From an uncultured archaeon (lineage in GTDB: Archaea; Asgardarchaeota; Lokiarchaeia; Sigyniarchaeales; SOKP01): DNA of 64,000 nucleotides. Each line of letters begins with the position of its first letter. Within the stretch, counting starts at the first letter, position 1. The stretch is taken from assembly GCA_964653985.1 (NCBI GenBank), contig CAZZIC010000001.1:15489-79488 (forward strand), in the 5' to 3' direction. A model generated the notes under the pieces. The model was not told the DNA's origin. It saw only the letters and a program-made list of their open reading frames with translations, and did no database searches. This document shows, piece by piece, positions 33,406-42,974 of this stretch. Position numbers and translations under genes: made by a program.

Positions 33406-34902
33406 TTACAACTTGTATACTGGATAGAATTTATCCTTCACATAATCAATGAAATATTGTGGATTTAACTTTTCTCCAGTTACTTTTTTGATTAAATCAC
33501 GGGGTTCGTATGTTTTTCCAAAACGATGCACATTTTCTCTCATAAACCCTAATAGATTGGAGAAGTCTCCGTTTTCATAGTCTTTTGGCAGATCTGGATT
33601 TACTTCTAAGGCTTTTTTATAGATTTGAGCCCCATAAAGATTTCCTAGAGCATACGTTGGAAAGTACCCAAAAGCACTCATACTCCAATGGATATCTTGG
33701 AGGACACCTTTAGCTTGATCCGGAGGGGTAATACCCAAATATTCATCCATCATAGTATCCCATATTTGAGGTAATTCTTCAATTTTAATACTCTCTTCAT
33801 TAATCAGCTTCTTTTCTAATTCAAACCTAAGAATAATATGCATCGAATATGTTACCTCGTCTGCTTCCACTCTAATAAGTGAAGGTTGCACTGAATTAAT
33901 CGAACGGTAGAATTCTTCTTTGGGATAATTTTTCAGAACGCTTGGGAAATAATCTTGAAGAATTGGATACCAATATGTCCAAAATTCTTTACTTCTTCCA
34001 ACAATGTTTTCATAAGTTCTGGACATGGCTTCGTGAATCCCTAATGAGCTGCCATCAGCTAGGATAGTATCATGAAGTTCTTCCATATATCCCATTTCAT
34101 ATAAGGCATGACCACATTCATGAATTGTTCCAAAAAGACATTCATTCAAGAAATTTTCGTTAATTCTGGTTGTGATTCTCACATCTTGTGAGGATAGAGA
34201 TGAAGTAAAAGGATGTGTGGATTTATCTTGGCGTCCTATGTTGAGATCAAAATTTAACTTTTTGATCACTTCCATACTAAGATCCCATTGTTTTTGTTTA
34301 TCATATGATTTTTTTAAGATCTCTTGGTTAGGTTTATCACTTGATGTGTTTAATTTATCCAGAATTTTACTTAATTGTGTTTTTAAATCACCAAATACTT
34401 TAGAGATCCATTCAGATGTTGCTCCTGGTTCATAATCATCTAATAATGCATCATATCTGGTTTTACCAATATCTAATTTATCAGCGTATTCTTTCCTAAG
34501 ACCTATAAGCTTTTTTAAGTGTGGTTGGAAAATTGAGAAATCATCTTTAGCTCTTGATTTTTTCCACGCTTCTTGTCCTAATGAGGCTGCTTTAGAAATC
34601 TCCACTGATAATTCGACGGGAATCTTAACTGCCTTATCATATTTTCTCCTTGCTTCTCTTACATATGCGGATTCAATTAGGTTTAAGTCGTCTTGCTTCT
34701 CTGCTGCCTTAATTAATTTGCCCGTTTTCTCTGAAATTAATTTTTTATGGTAAATTTCACTTATTAAGGCAATTTGCTCGGATCTTCCTTTAGCTGAGCC
34801 TTCTGGCATGTTAACCTCTTGGTCCCAACCAAGTAGAGAAGAGATATAACTTAATCGTCTTAATTTCTTAAAATAAGCATCTAAATCTTCAATCGCAGTC
34901 AT
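33406..34902 (-). CDS. M32 carboxypeptidase (Taq-type metallocarboxypeptidase)
   Basis: The motifs are HECGHALY (HExxH), GIHEAMSR, DIHWS and GYFPTYALGN. Confidence 0.9.
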   Translation of the reverse strand: MTAIEDLDAYFKKLRRLSYISSLLGWDQEVNMPEGSAKGRSEQIALISEIYHKKLISEKTGKLIKAAEKQDDLNLIESAYVREARRKYDKAVKIPVELSVEISKAASLGQEAWKKSRAKDDFSIFQPHLKKLIGLRKEYADKLDIGKTRYDALLDDYEPGATSEWISKVFGDLKTQLSKILDKLNTSSDKPNQEILKKSYDKQKQWDLSMEVIKKLNFDLNIGRQDKSTHPFTSSLSSQDVRITTRINENFLNECLFGTIHECGHALYEMGYMEELHDTILADGSSLGIHEAMSRTYENIVGRSKEFWTYWYPILQDYFPSVLKNYPKEEFYRSINSVQPSLIRVEADEVTYSMHIILRFELEKKLINEESIKIEELPQIWDTMMDEYLGITPPDQAKGVLQDIHWSMSAFGYFPTYALGNLYGAQIYKKALEVNPDLPKDYENGDFSNLLGFMRENVHRFGKTYEPRDLIKKVTGEKLNPQYFIDYVKDKFYPVYKL

Positions 34903-34962
34903 TTTATCATCTTTTTTTTAATAATTATATTGTAAAATACGTTTTATTGTATAAGTAAATTT

Positions 34963-35787
34963 CTATAGGTAGATTTTACTTTCTTTCTTGTTTACAGATT
35001 CTTCGGTTAGATCTTCAATCTTTTTCAAAATTGACAATAAGTTACTTATATTTTGAACTTCCAAAGCATTTTCCGGACATATTTGAACACATTTTAAACA
35101 GCGCATACAATTTTCGATATCAATAGATTGATCTTTAAGATCTATCGCATTAGTAGGGCAATTTTGCTCACAAATTCCACAAGATGTACAGTTCTCCAAA
35201 AAATTTGGCGGTTTGAGGGCATCAAATGCTCTTTTTCTGATCCTTTTTAGAGTCTTCTCGTTGAGAGCTGGAGACTGAATTTCAATAAAACATTTTTTGG
35301 ATTCCGCTTTAAATCTCTTAAAGATTATTTTTGCATAGTCTTTCGCTACTTTAAAATCCCTTTTATTCGGTCTTTCTTCAAGTAGGTCCCAACCAGCTAA
35401 ATTAAAAGTATGTTTTCCTAAAAATTCTGCTGTTGAAATTACATTAAAATTTCGCTCCTGAAACATCCTTATAGTATCATTATGTACAGCCCCTGGTGAA
35501 ACTCCTCCATAAGTAAAAAATAATGCGGTTTTAATTTTTTTGCCATTTAACTTTTTAATCCATTCTCGAATAAATTTAGGAGTACGATAAGCATATACTG
35601 GAGATCCGAATATGAAACCATCAAATTTACTCAAATCAAGGCTTTCCGCTAAAGCTACTCTTTTTTCATTCTCACAAATATTGTAATATTCAACGGAAAC
35701 TCCAAATTTATTAAAAGAATTCATAAGTACTTTTGCGATTTTAGCCGTATTTCCTGTAGCAGAATAATAAATCAAAAGTGTGTTCAT
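34963..35787 (-). CDS. flavodoxin-domain protein fused to a 2x[4Fe-4S] ferredoxin domain
   Basis: The N-terminus is LIYYSATGNTAKIA (flavodoxin FMN loop). The C-terminus has CTSCGICEQNCP and CMRCLKCVQICP. Confidence 0.8.
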   Translation of the reverse strand: MNTLLIYYSATGNTAKIAKVLMNSFNKFGVSVEYYNICENEKRVALAESLDLSKFDGFIFGSPVYAYRTPKFIREWIKKLNGKKIKTALFFTYGGVSPGAVHNDTIRMFQERNFNVISTAEFLGKHTFNLAGWDLLEERPNKRDFKVAKDYAKIIFKRFKAESKKCFIEIQSPALNEKTLKRIRKRAFDALKPPNFLENCTSCGICEQNCPTNAIDLKDQSIDIENCMRCLKCVQICPENALEVQNISNLLSILKKIEDLTEESVNKKESKIYL

Positions 35788-36059
35788 TATTTTTTAAATA
35801 GTTTTTAAGATTGATATTTCGTACATTTAGTTAATAATGCATATTCCATGAAATGACTTATGATATTAAATACTCCATCTTAATTAGGTAAGCAACATAA
35901 ATTTAATTATATAAATTTGTTTGTTCTTATTGTGTTATTATAAAAAATATCATTTGTTTTGTAATAATAATTTATCTTTTCAAAAGCTTAAATATTATAA
36001 AAATTTTAATAATGTAGACAGAAATAAAAAAGGGGTTTTTTGATATTTCGGCAATAAAC

Positions 36060-37838
36060 TTGGAAGAAATAAAACATAAAATTGACGCTGGAGAATTCTT
36101 AAGTGCGCTTAATGAATTAATGTCTTTAGTAAATGATGATAATTATGATGACTTACCTGAAATCTTAGAAGGAATTTTTGAGATTCAAGGGGAGGGTTTT
36201 TTACTAAACCAGGAGCAATTACAGAAGATCAAGCCCTATATTGATGACTTCGATGAGGACATACAGAATTACGCTACGAATATATTTTTAAAAAATATAA
36301 ATAAAGGAATCACCTCCACTAAGGAAGATCTTTCATTTTTAATCTTGAAATTAAGTTCTCTTGATGCTAGCGTGAGAGAAAACATTATAGATTTTTTGAT
36401 TAAAATACATTATAACTTAGAAGAGGATGAAACTAAAAGAATTGTAATTGATGGATTAATAGAGAATTTAGATGATGAATTATGGAATATTCGTATTAAG
36501 ATTATTCGTTTTTTAGATGAAATTCTTACAGATCGCTCAGATCTTATTAAAAAATTCGAAGGTCAATTAGAAATATTATATAATGAGAAAGATATTGATG
36601 TTAAAAAAGAAGCGTTAGATTTTTTATTAAGAGTATTTATAGAAACCTATACAAAAGATGATATAAAAGAAATAATAAATTCAATACCTTATGATGATTG
36701 GGATATACAAGAAAAGAAAATCTTTATAATCGGAAAGCTTGGAATCAATAGAGAAAATTTAATTAGACCAGTGGTTAAAGATTTTATTTATCTATTAGAT
36801 AATAAAAATTATTTGGTTACTAAGGCGATAAAGGATGCAATAACGGAAATGATGGATTACCATGTCCAATTATTTGATGATTCTTTTTTAGAAATTATAA
36901 AAAATAATGAAATCGATCATATAGAATCCATAGAAGAATTAATTAAACTCTCTATTGTAAGAAATGGATTTGAACGTTTTTACCAAATCTTCAAGAAGAT
37001 TCCCCATAACTCTCTACGTCTTGTTAAACCATTAAACACTATTATCAAAAAATTGAATTCTTCAGAGCCTGACTTCTTAGATTCCTTAATGTATCAATTA
37101 ACTATAGAAGTTTTAAAAGATCTAACTAAAGAAAATTATTCTAAACTAAAACTAATTTTACAAGCAAACATGCATTATCATCTCTACTCAAATTGTTATA
37201 AAGCTTTAAATGAAATCGATATTTCCCACGGTAAAGAGGCTGAGATGAAAAGAAGAGAATTATCCCGCTTTTTGGTGGAGAGAATGCCCGATCTTAATTT
37301 TCTTAATGTACAAAAATCGATTGAGTTTAAATTAATGGAAGGTCCCGTACATCTAGGAGAAATAGCAGAAGAATTTGAAGTTAATAAATCAAAACTTAAG
37401 AATTTTATTAATGATTTAATTGAAAAGGAGGAACTTGATGCCTTATTATCTAACGATACCTTAGCATTAAAAGCCTCTACAACTACGGAAGAAGAGGACT
37501 TTCTATTTTTCAAAAAATGGAATATCAATAAAAAACCAAGAGATCCGAAGAACTATGAGGTTAGACTTTTTATTCTAATTAGAAACGTATCGGAAGTGGA
37601 TGTTAATAATTTAAGTGTAAACTTAGAATACCCAGTAAAATTATATGATATTAAATTGGATAGCCAAATACCTAACTCTTTGGAACCGAATCAAGAGCTC
37701 ATACTAACATATGTTTTTCAAAAGAATAAAAAAAGAGAACAATTTCCTAAGACAAGTAATATTAAAGTCATCTTCAACTATAAGAAAAATGGAAAATCTT
37801 GTACAATTGAGAAGAAGTTAGATGTATTATTTTTATAA
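36060..37838 (+). CDS. HEAT/ARM-like alpha-solenoid protein with a possible winged-helix segment and C-terminal beta-rich domain
   Basis: The protein is 592 aa with repetitive ~40-aa helical units (DASVRENIIDFL, LWNIRIKIIRFL, DVKKEALDFL). It also has GPVHLGEIAEEFEVNKSKLKNFINDLIEKEELD and a beta-like tail VRLFILIRNVSEVDVNNLSVNLEYP. The TTG start is uncertain. Confidence 0.5.
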   Translation: MEEIKHKIDAGEFLSALNELMSLVNDDNYDDLPEILEGIFEIQGEGFLLNQEQLQKIKPYIDDFDEDIQNYATNIFLKNINKGITSTKEDLSFLILKLSSLDASVRENIIDFLIKIHYNLEEDETKRIVIDGLIENLDDELWNIRIKIIRFLDEILTDRSDLIKKFEGQLEILYNEKDIDVKKEALDFLLRVFIETYTKDDIKEIINSIPYDDWDIQEKKIFIIGKLGINRENLIRPVVKDFIYLLDNKNYLVTKAIKDAITEMMDYHVQLFDDSFLEIIKNNEIDHIESIEELIKLSIVRNGFERFYQIFKKIPHNSLRLVKPLNTIIKKLNSSEPDFLDSLMYQLTIEVLKDLTKENYSKLKLILQANMHYHLYSNCYKALNEIDISHGKEAEMKRRELSRFLVERMPDLNFLNVQKSIEFKLMEGPVHLGEIAEEFEVNKSKLKNFINDLIEKEELDALLSNDTLALKASTTTEEEDFLFFKKWNINKKPRDPKNYEVRLFILIRNVSEVDVNNLSVNLEYPVKLYDIKLDSQIPNSLEPNQELILTYVFQKNKKREQFPKTSNIKVIFNYKKNGKSCTIEKKLDVLFL

Positions 37839-37873
37839 ATATGAAATAATTGAAAAAGATAATTTGAAAGTTA

Positions 37874-39616
37874 TCAGAATCTTTCCTTTTTAGCCTTTTC
37901 AAAGAACGACTCATCTTTAAAGAGACTGATCCTGTCCCCTTCATTTCCGTTAGAATAATCTTGAAATCCGATATAAACCCACTTTATTAAGTCATTAAGA
38001 ACATAATGTCCATCCCAAGGGAGTCCAATCGGATGAATATTGTGCTCTCCTACTCTCGGGAATCGATATGCACCTAATAATGAGAATTCTTCTGCGACTT
38101 CCTCAATAAACTCGTCAGATCCATAAACTGATATAGTCTGAAGGTATTGTTGTAATTCTTCTTTTCGAATAGAATAAATTAGATTATTAATGTCAGATAC
38201 TCTGGTTACTATTACAAATCGATTTTGACACATATCTATTTCACCCTTTTTCGGTAAATCTCTTAAATAGACAACAGTCCAATCTAATTTCTCGTTAGGA
38301 GGAGTTATAATAGTTGCTCGATTTTTTGTAGCATAATTCATAAAGAAATATTCACGTTTTCTAGTCATTTCCAACCCATCCGTATGTGTAAGATTTGCAC
38401 GAGGTAAAATTTTATCTGTTCTTTTTAAACTCTCTGCAAGTAATCGAGCGAAGCCAATAGGTGATAACTCCGATAGTTCATTTCTGACCCTTTTTACTGA
38501 TCGCTCCATTAAAGCTTTCATATTGCGATTAAATGAACTCTCTGCTTCTGAACTCTTATTATAAGTCTTAATTAGGGAATCTACGATAGATTTATTCGCT
38601 AAAGTTCCATTAGTTTTAGATCTTATTTTATTATTATTATTATTATTAGTTTGAGACCCTACTGCTGATTTATGAGGATCATCAACAATATAGATAACTC
38701 TCGGACTTAAACATGCCTTCTGATTCCAACAAGCAACATCTATAGCCAATTTTTGAATTAACTCACTCATTTTTTCCTCATTTTGAAAAAAAGATTCAGA
38801 GATGACGCTAAAGGACAGCTTAGGTCCATGATCTATTACTTTAATTCCAAAGCGATATGCTCTTCTCCTTATTTCCTCGATAGAATAAATCCCTCCCCAT
38901 GCAATTACTGCATCTATATATCCAGAATTGAAAAGGTCATCGTAAATATCTCCTCGACTCCCTCTCCAATAAAGAGCCGCAATTTCCTTTGCGATATTCT
39001 TATCCACATCCATTATGGATTCGCATAATTTAATTATAATATACGGTTCTCCGTGTGATAATTTTACTAAATTTACATTTTTAGAAACGAGCCCATAAAA
39101 TAAAGTTAGGAAACCTAAGTTAAAGGCATTCCCGGCCATATTATGCATTACTAAACCTCTGGGTTGTGCATGAATTTTAGAATTTCCTTTAGGGATCCAA
39201 TCCTCTAAAAATCGCTTTCCTCCAATTTCCCGTGATAATTGGAGTTCAGCATTATCTTTATTCCACAATTCAGTGGTTCCACTTAATTCTATTTCACAAA
39301 GTTCTTTTGATTCTCCGGTCATTAAGGGCAGTACTTCCATTATTTCTTTACGTATGTCATAATTACGATCTGCCCAAAGACTCCCGACTTGATCGATGAT
39401 TTCGAGCACTTCTTCAATATCTCTATTATGTGCTCTTCTTTTTTTATAGGAAAGATTTTCAGCAATTTTAAGTACTTTCTCTTTATCATAAATTGGAAAT
39501 TCAATTTCTAAAACATCATCTTGTCGTTTGATCACTATCTTTTCTTTGGTTTCACCAAATTTTGGTTCAAATATAAAGGCAGGTATATTTCTTTCTATTT
39601 TTGTCATTTTAACCAC
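37874..39616 (-). CDS. LuxC-like acyl-CoA reductase (aldehyde-forming) family protein with a poly-Asn insertion
   Basis: The candidate catalytic-Cys segment is WNQKACLSPRVIYIV. The overall length is ALDH-fold-like and the gene is adjacent to a LuxE-like gene. A low-complexity insertion reads GSQTNNNNNNKIRSKTNG. Confidence 0.65.
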   Translation of the reverse strand: MVKMTKIERNIPAFIFEPKFGETKEKIVIKRQDDVLEIEFPIYDKEKVLKIAENLSYKKRRAHNRDIEEVLEIIDQVGSLWADRNYDIRKEIMEVLPLMTGESKELCEIELSGTTELWNKDNAELQLSREIGGKRFLEDWIPKGNSKIHAQPRGLVMHNMAGNAFNLGFLTLFYGLVSKNVNLVKLSHGEPYIIIKLCESIMDVDKNIAKEIAALYWRGSRGDIYDDLFNSGYIDAVIAWGGIYSIEEIRRRAYRFGIKVIDHGPKLSFSVISESFFQNEEKMSELIQKLAIDVACWNQKACLSPRVIYIVDDPHKSAVGSQTNNNNNNKIRSKTNGTLANKSIVDSLIKTYNKSSEAESSFNRNMKALMERSVKRVRNELSELSPIGFARLLAESLKRTDKILPRANLTHTDGLEMTRKREYFFMNYATKNRATIITPPNEKLDWTVVYLRDLPKKGEIDMCQNRFVIVTRVSDINNLIYSIRKEELQQYLQTISVYGSDEFIEEVAEEFSLLGAYRFPRVGEHNIHPIGLPWDGHYVLNDLIKWVYIGFQDYSNGNEGDRISLFKDESFFEKAKKERF

Positions 39617-39706
39617 CTTAATTTTAATTTAGTAGTAATATGAATAAAATTAATGTAAAAAATATAAATTTTAAACGGAAAAAAAATAAAATAGTTTAAT
39701 AATCTT

Positions 39707-40891
39707 TTAATTAGAACTATCCTCAACTATTTGCGCTCCGCAACCTCTAGCCTCTGTTCCTTCTGCTCTCCCGTGAATCTCGATAACTTTTCCTTTTCTT
39801 CCACAAGGACATTCATCTTCCATAACTATACTTATGATATCGTCTTGAAGCACTGAGACCCCACAATAGCTATATGCGATCGGATTAATTACATTCGCCA
39901 ATCCTTTCTCTCCTATCCCTACTGGCTCCATGGTTTCAACATCTCTTACGATTATCTTTTGCCAAGGTAATAAATGTTTATTATGGTGTTCACATTCCAC
40001 GTGGACATTATCAGTTTCTGTAAAGCTATAAACATCAAAAATATGATCTTCTCTTAATCCCAATATTTTAACCATATCTTCCCTAAATTTTTTTGGTTCA
40101 ACTGCCTCACCTGAATAAGTTTTCCAGCCTCCGCCAACACAGATTACGGAATCTTCACCGACAGTGAATGTATTTCCGGTTTTATTATGATATTCAGATA
40201 GAGTCTTATACATCAAAGGAACGGAACCTCCGATCCAACCTCTCCCTTTTTCGGAAGGATTTGAACTGAGAAATCCAAAAGTTCTTTCTGGATCGAAATC
40301 GAACAATTTTCCTTTTTTTCTCTCTTCTTCACTAGCTAACTTTAGCGCATATACACGATCTTCCATAGGAAGTTTGTTTGCCACGTTAAAGATATATCCC
40401 ATATGATTCATTGGAGTCTTAACCTCGTCATCCACAGTAAGTCGTCTCTGTGGTTGTGGTTGAAAAAATAAACTCCATTGATATTCTGGTAAATTACACA
40501 TTTCAGTCATAACAAACTCAAACATCTTAAAATATCTATCAATAGTCACTTTATCTCTTCCAATAATAGAAGGATCACCGGATGTCCCGCTTGATCGGGT
40601 CCACACTTGGATTTGTTCTTCTGGAACACATAGCAATTCTTTGGGTGTGCCCGAATGTTGCTTAAAATTAGCTGTTGTAAGATAAGGAATATTTTTTATA
40701 TCCTCTGGTTCTTTTAAGTCTCTCTTCGGATTGAAGTTTTTTTGTTTACAAAATTGGCGATACTTACTACAGTTCTTAATTTGGTGCATCGCTGTTTCCT
40801 TAATCGCCTTAAACCGTTCTAATTTTACTTCTTCTTGATTTTCTTTTCTAAGGTTTTTTTTACCCTTATTAAATAACGTATCGATTATCAT
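39707..40891 (-). CDS. LuxE/PaaK-like acyl-adenylate-forming enzyme (acyl-protein synthetase family)
   Basis: The adenylation P-loop is TRSSGTSGDPS. The size is ~390 aa, the gene is paired with a LuxC-like gene, and the C-terminus has CPCGRKG. Confidence 0.65.
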   Translation of the reverse strand: MIIDTLFNKGKKNLRKENQEEVKLERFKAIKETAMHQIKNCSKYRQFCKQKNFNPKRDLKEPEDIKNIPYLTTANFKQHSGTPKELLCVPEEQIQVWTRSSGTSGDPSIIGRDKVTIDRYFKMFEFVMTEMCNLPEYQWSLFFQPQPQRRLTVDDEVKTPMNHMGYIFNVANKLPMEDRVYALKLASEEERKKGKLFDFDPERTFGFLSSNPSEKGRGWIGGSVPLMYKTLSEYHNKTGNTFTVGEDSVICVGGGWKTYSGEAVEPKKFREDMVKILGLREDHIFDVYSFTETDNVHVECEHHNKHLLPWQKIIVRDVETMEPVGIGEKGLANVINPIAYSYCGVSVLQDDIISIVMEDECPCGRKGKVIEIHGRAEGTEARGCGAQIVEDSSN

Positions 40892-41011
40892 TTTTGACCT
40901 TTAAAATTTATTCTTATGATAAAACTATCATAAAATTATTCATTTATTAATTTGAGTTTTTAAAAAACGTCAAAACAAAAAAGAAAAAAAAGAGTTAATA
41001 AGATATTGTGC

Positions 41012-42328
41012 TTAATCTCCACCAACTATTGATACAAAGGCCATGTTGTTGAAGTAATAATCCAAATCTTTGTTTCCGTATATTTCTCCTCCAGAACCTA
41101 AAATCATCTTTGGAATATCCTTACCTATTGTTTTATTAATCTTTTTAACTATGGTAGGAATGTTATCTCCATAAGCAAATAAGCGTATGGCACAATCGAA
41201 GCCTAAAAAGAATTTAGGATTTGGTATTCCTTCTATTGCTTGAGTGACGGTATCCACAGCGGTTTTAATTAAGATATCCATGTTACTTCTAAAAATTTCA
41301 ATTTCGTCGGGGACTCTCTCAAAAGGAAACCCGGTATTTAAAAGGCTTTCAAACTCTGGATTCGTAATTGTCGCAGTTAAATGGATATAATCACTGTTTC
41401 CGATCTTTTCTTGTGTACCCAAAATTGTGTGATAATTAAGATAATCAGCTGTTTTTAGCTCATGTAATGACTCCATTTTGATATTTGCTGCATTGCATAA
41501 TCCTATTAAGGCAGGTTCATCATCGATCCTTAAAAGAAAGCTGCCGATATTTTTAGTTGGGACACATTTATTTCCCGTCGGTTCTGCCCCAGCAGCAAAT
41601 CCGAACCCAAATTTGGTTTTATTCTGGGGGGTAAGAAATACTCCGATAACATTATCATCCCCGACTTCATTATTATAGAATTCAACAGAATCATAATTAC
41701 GTACATTTGTAGCAACATTTCCTACGACACGGTTTTCCCAACCTTGTGAATACAATTCTTCCAATAGTTCTTGGACTGATGGCATACCTTGTCCTTCTTC
41801 TTTGAAGTCCTCAAGTTGTTTTTTAAAAAAACGATTAACAAGCCCAGAAAAAAGTGAAACTACACGGCTATTAAGAGTTTCTTGTTTTTTCAATACCTCT
41901 GGAGGGAATTTCATTCCATCTTGAAACATCAACAAGAAACGATCGTCGTTATCTTCTAAATTCTTCGCTATTTCATGAATTTGTCGGGCTATTTTTTCAT
42001 ATTCTAACCTTGATTTTCCAAAGTTAAACGATGCGTCAACGAAAAAATCTCCACCTAACACCATCAAGCCAACACTGTGTAAAGCAAATCTGTCATTTAC
42101 AAGTACTCCATTAGTTGTACTTCCGATTAGGATAACATCTTGTCCTATTACATCTCTGACTCCTTTTAACACATCTTTATAGTTATATTTTACACGGGTT
42201 AGAGAATCGACCCCTAATATTGCGAGTTTAGGATCTGTGCTAATCATTTCCAAAGCTTTATCAGCAACTGTCTTTCCAGCCTCATAACTATTATCTTTTG
42301 TTGATATTCCGGTTCCTGCTTCAATCAT
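41012..42328 (-). CDS. FIST-domain (FIST_N + FIST_C) sensory protein
   Basis: The N-terminus GTGISTKDNSYEAGKTVADKAL...PKLAILGVDS and the later GGDFF...FGF..G pattern are typical of FIST proteins. This is a by-eye call. Confidence 0.55.
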   Translation of the reverse strand: MIEAGTGISTKDNSYEAGKTVADKALEMISTDPKLAILGVDSLTRVKYNYKDVLKGVRDVIGQDVILIGSTTNGVLVNDRFALHSVGLMVLGGDFFVDASFNFGKSRLEYEKIARQIHEIAKNLEDNDDRFLLMFQDGMKFPPEVLKKQETLNSRVVSLFSGLVNRFFKKQLEDFKEEGQGMPSVQELLEELYSQGWENRVVGNVATNVRNYDSVEFYNNEVGDDNVIGVFLTPQNKTKFGFGFAAGAEPTGNKCVPTKNIGSFLLRIDDEPALIGLCNAANIKMESLHELKTADYLNYHTILGTQEKIGNSDYIHLTATITNPEFESLLNTGFPFERVPDEIEIFRSNMDILIKTAVDTVTQAIEGIPNPKFFLGFDCAIRLFAYGDNIPTIVKKINKTIGKDIPKMILGSGGEIYGNKDLDYYFNNMAFVSIVGGD

Positions 42329-42386
42329 AATTTATAATTTTAATTTTTGATTTTATTATTCGATTTTAGTCTTTTTTTTTAATATT

Positions 42387-42974
42387 TTAGATACCTTCTA
42401 AGAATGTACTGATTTTTTTTTGGATCTCTCCCATATCATTTGATAGATCTTTCAAGAACGATTTTAATTTTGAAATTATTTCTTCTTCATTTACTTCCGC
42501 TCCTATAGGTTCAGTGAATTCTGGTTTGGGTTCTTTTGTTTTAAGGGGTTTAATTTCGGCTTCTAATTCTGATTCCTCCTCAGTAAGAAGGATTTCCTCA
42601 AATTCTTCATCTCGTTCAATAATTCCTTCGAGTTTAGCAAGCTTAGGGAATTGCTCTGGTTCGCTTCCACTTTCCACAACCTCTATACTAGCCCCATAGA
42701 GCTTTTTCTTAGCCTTAATCTTCGTTGCTGAGACGCCTGCGAAGTATCTATCCATCATGTTTGATTTAGCTCCGCTCCAAATCCAAATTTTCGTTCTTTT
42801 CGCATGAGTATCAATGATTATGTAGATTTTCCCTTCATTAAGTTTTGTCGTATCAATAGGTTCGATTTTCCTTCCTTCTAATTGATATATTTTTAAACTC
42901 AAAATACTCACCATTTTATTTTTATTATCTGACCATTTATCATAATTTATGTTTTTATAATTCTTTGTTTCCAA
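42387..42974 (-). CDS. gelsolin-domain protein (single gelsolin/villin-type domain + acidic helical tail)
   Basis: The segment LKIYQLEGRKIEPIDTTKLNEGKIYIIIDTHAKRTKIWIWSGAKSNMMDRYFAGVSATKIKAKKKLYGASIEVVESGSEPEQFPKL follows the gelsolin repeat pattern (sL.sgd.yiLd.g..iyvW.G..s...e+..A...A..i......a.i..v.eg.EP..F). The start is ambiguous: a TTG at 42974 overlaps the upstream gene by 28 nt, and the ATG at 42914 is the alternative. Confidence 0.7.
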   Translation of the reverse strand: METKNYKNINYDKWSDNKNKMVSILSLKIYQLEGRKIEPIDTTKLNEGKIYIIIDTHAKRTKIWIWSGAKSNMMDRYFAGVSATKIKAKKKLYGASIEVVESGSEPEQFPKLAKLEGIIERDEEFEEILLTEEESELEAEIKPLKTKEPKPEFTEPIGAEVNEEEIISKLKSFLKDLSNDMGEIQKKISTFLEGI

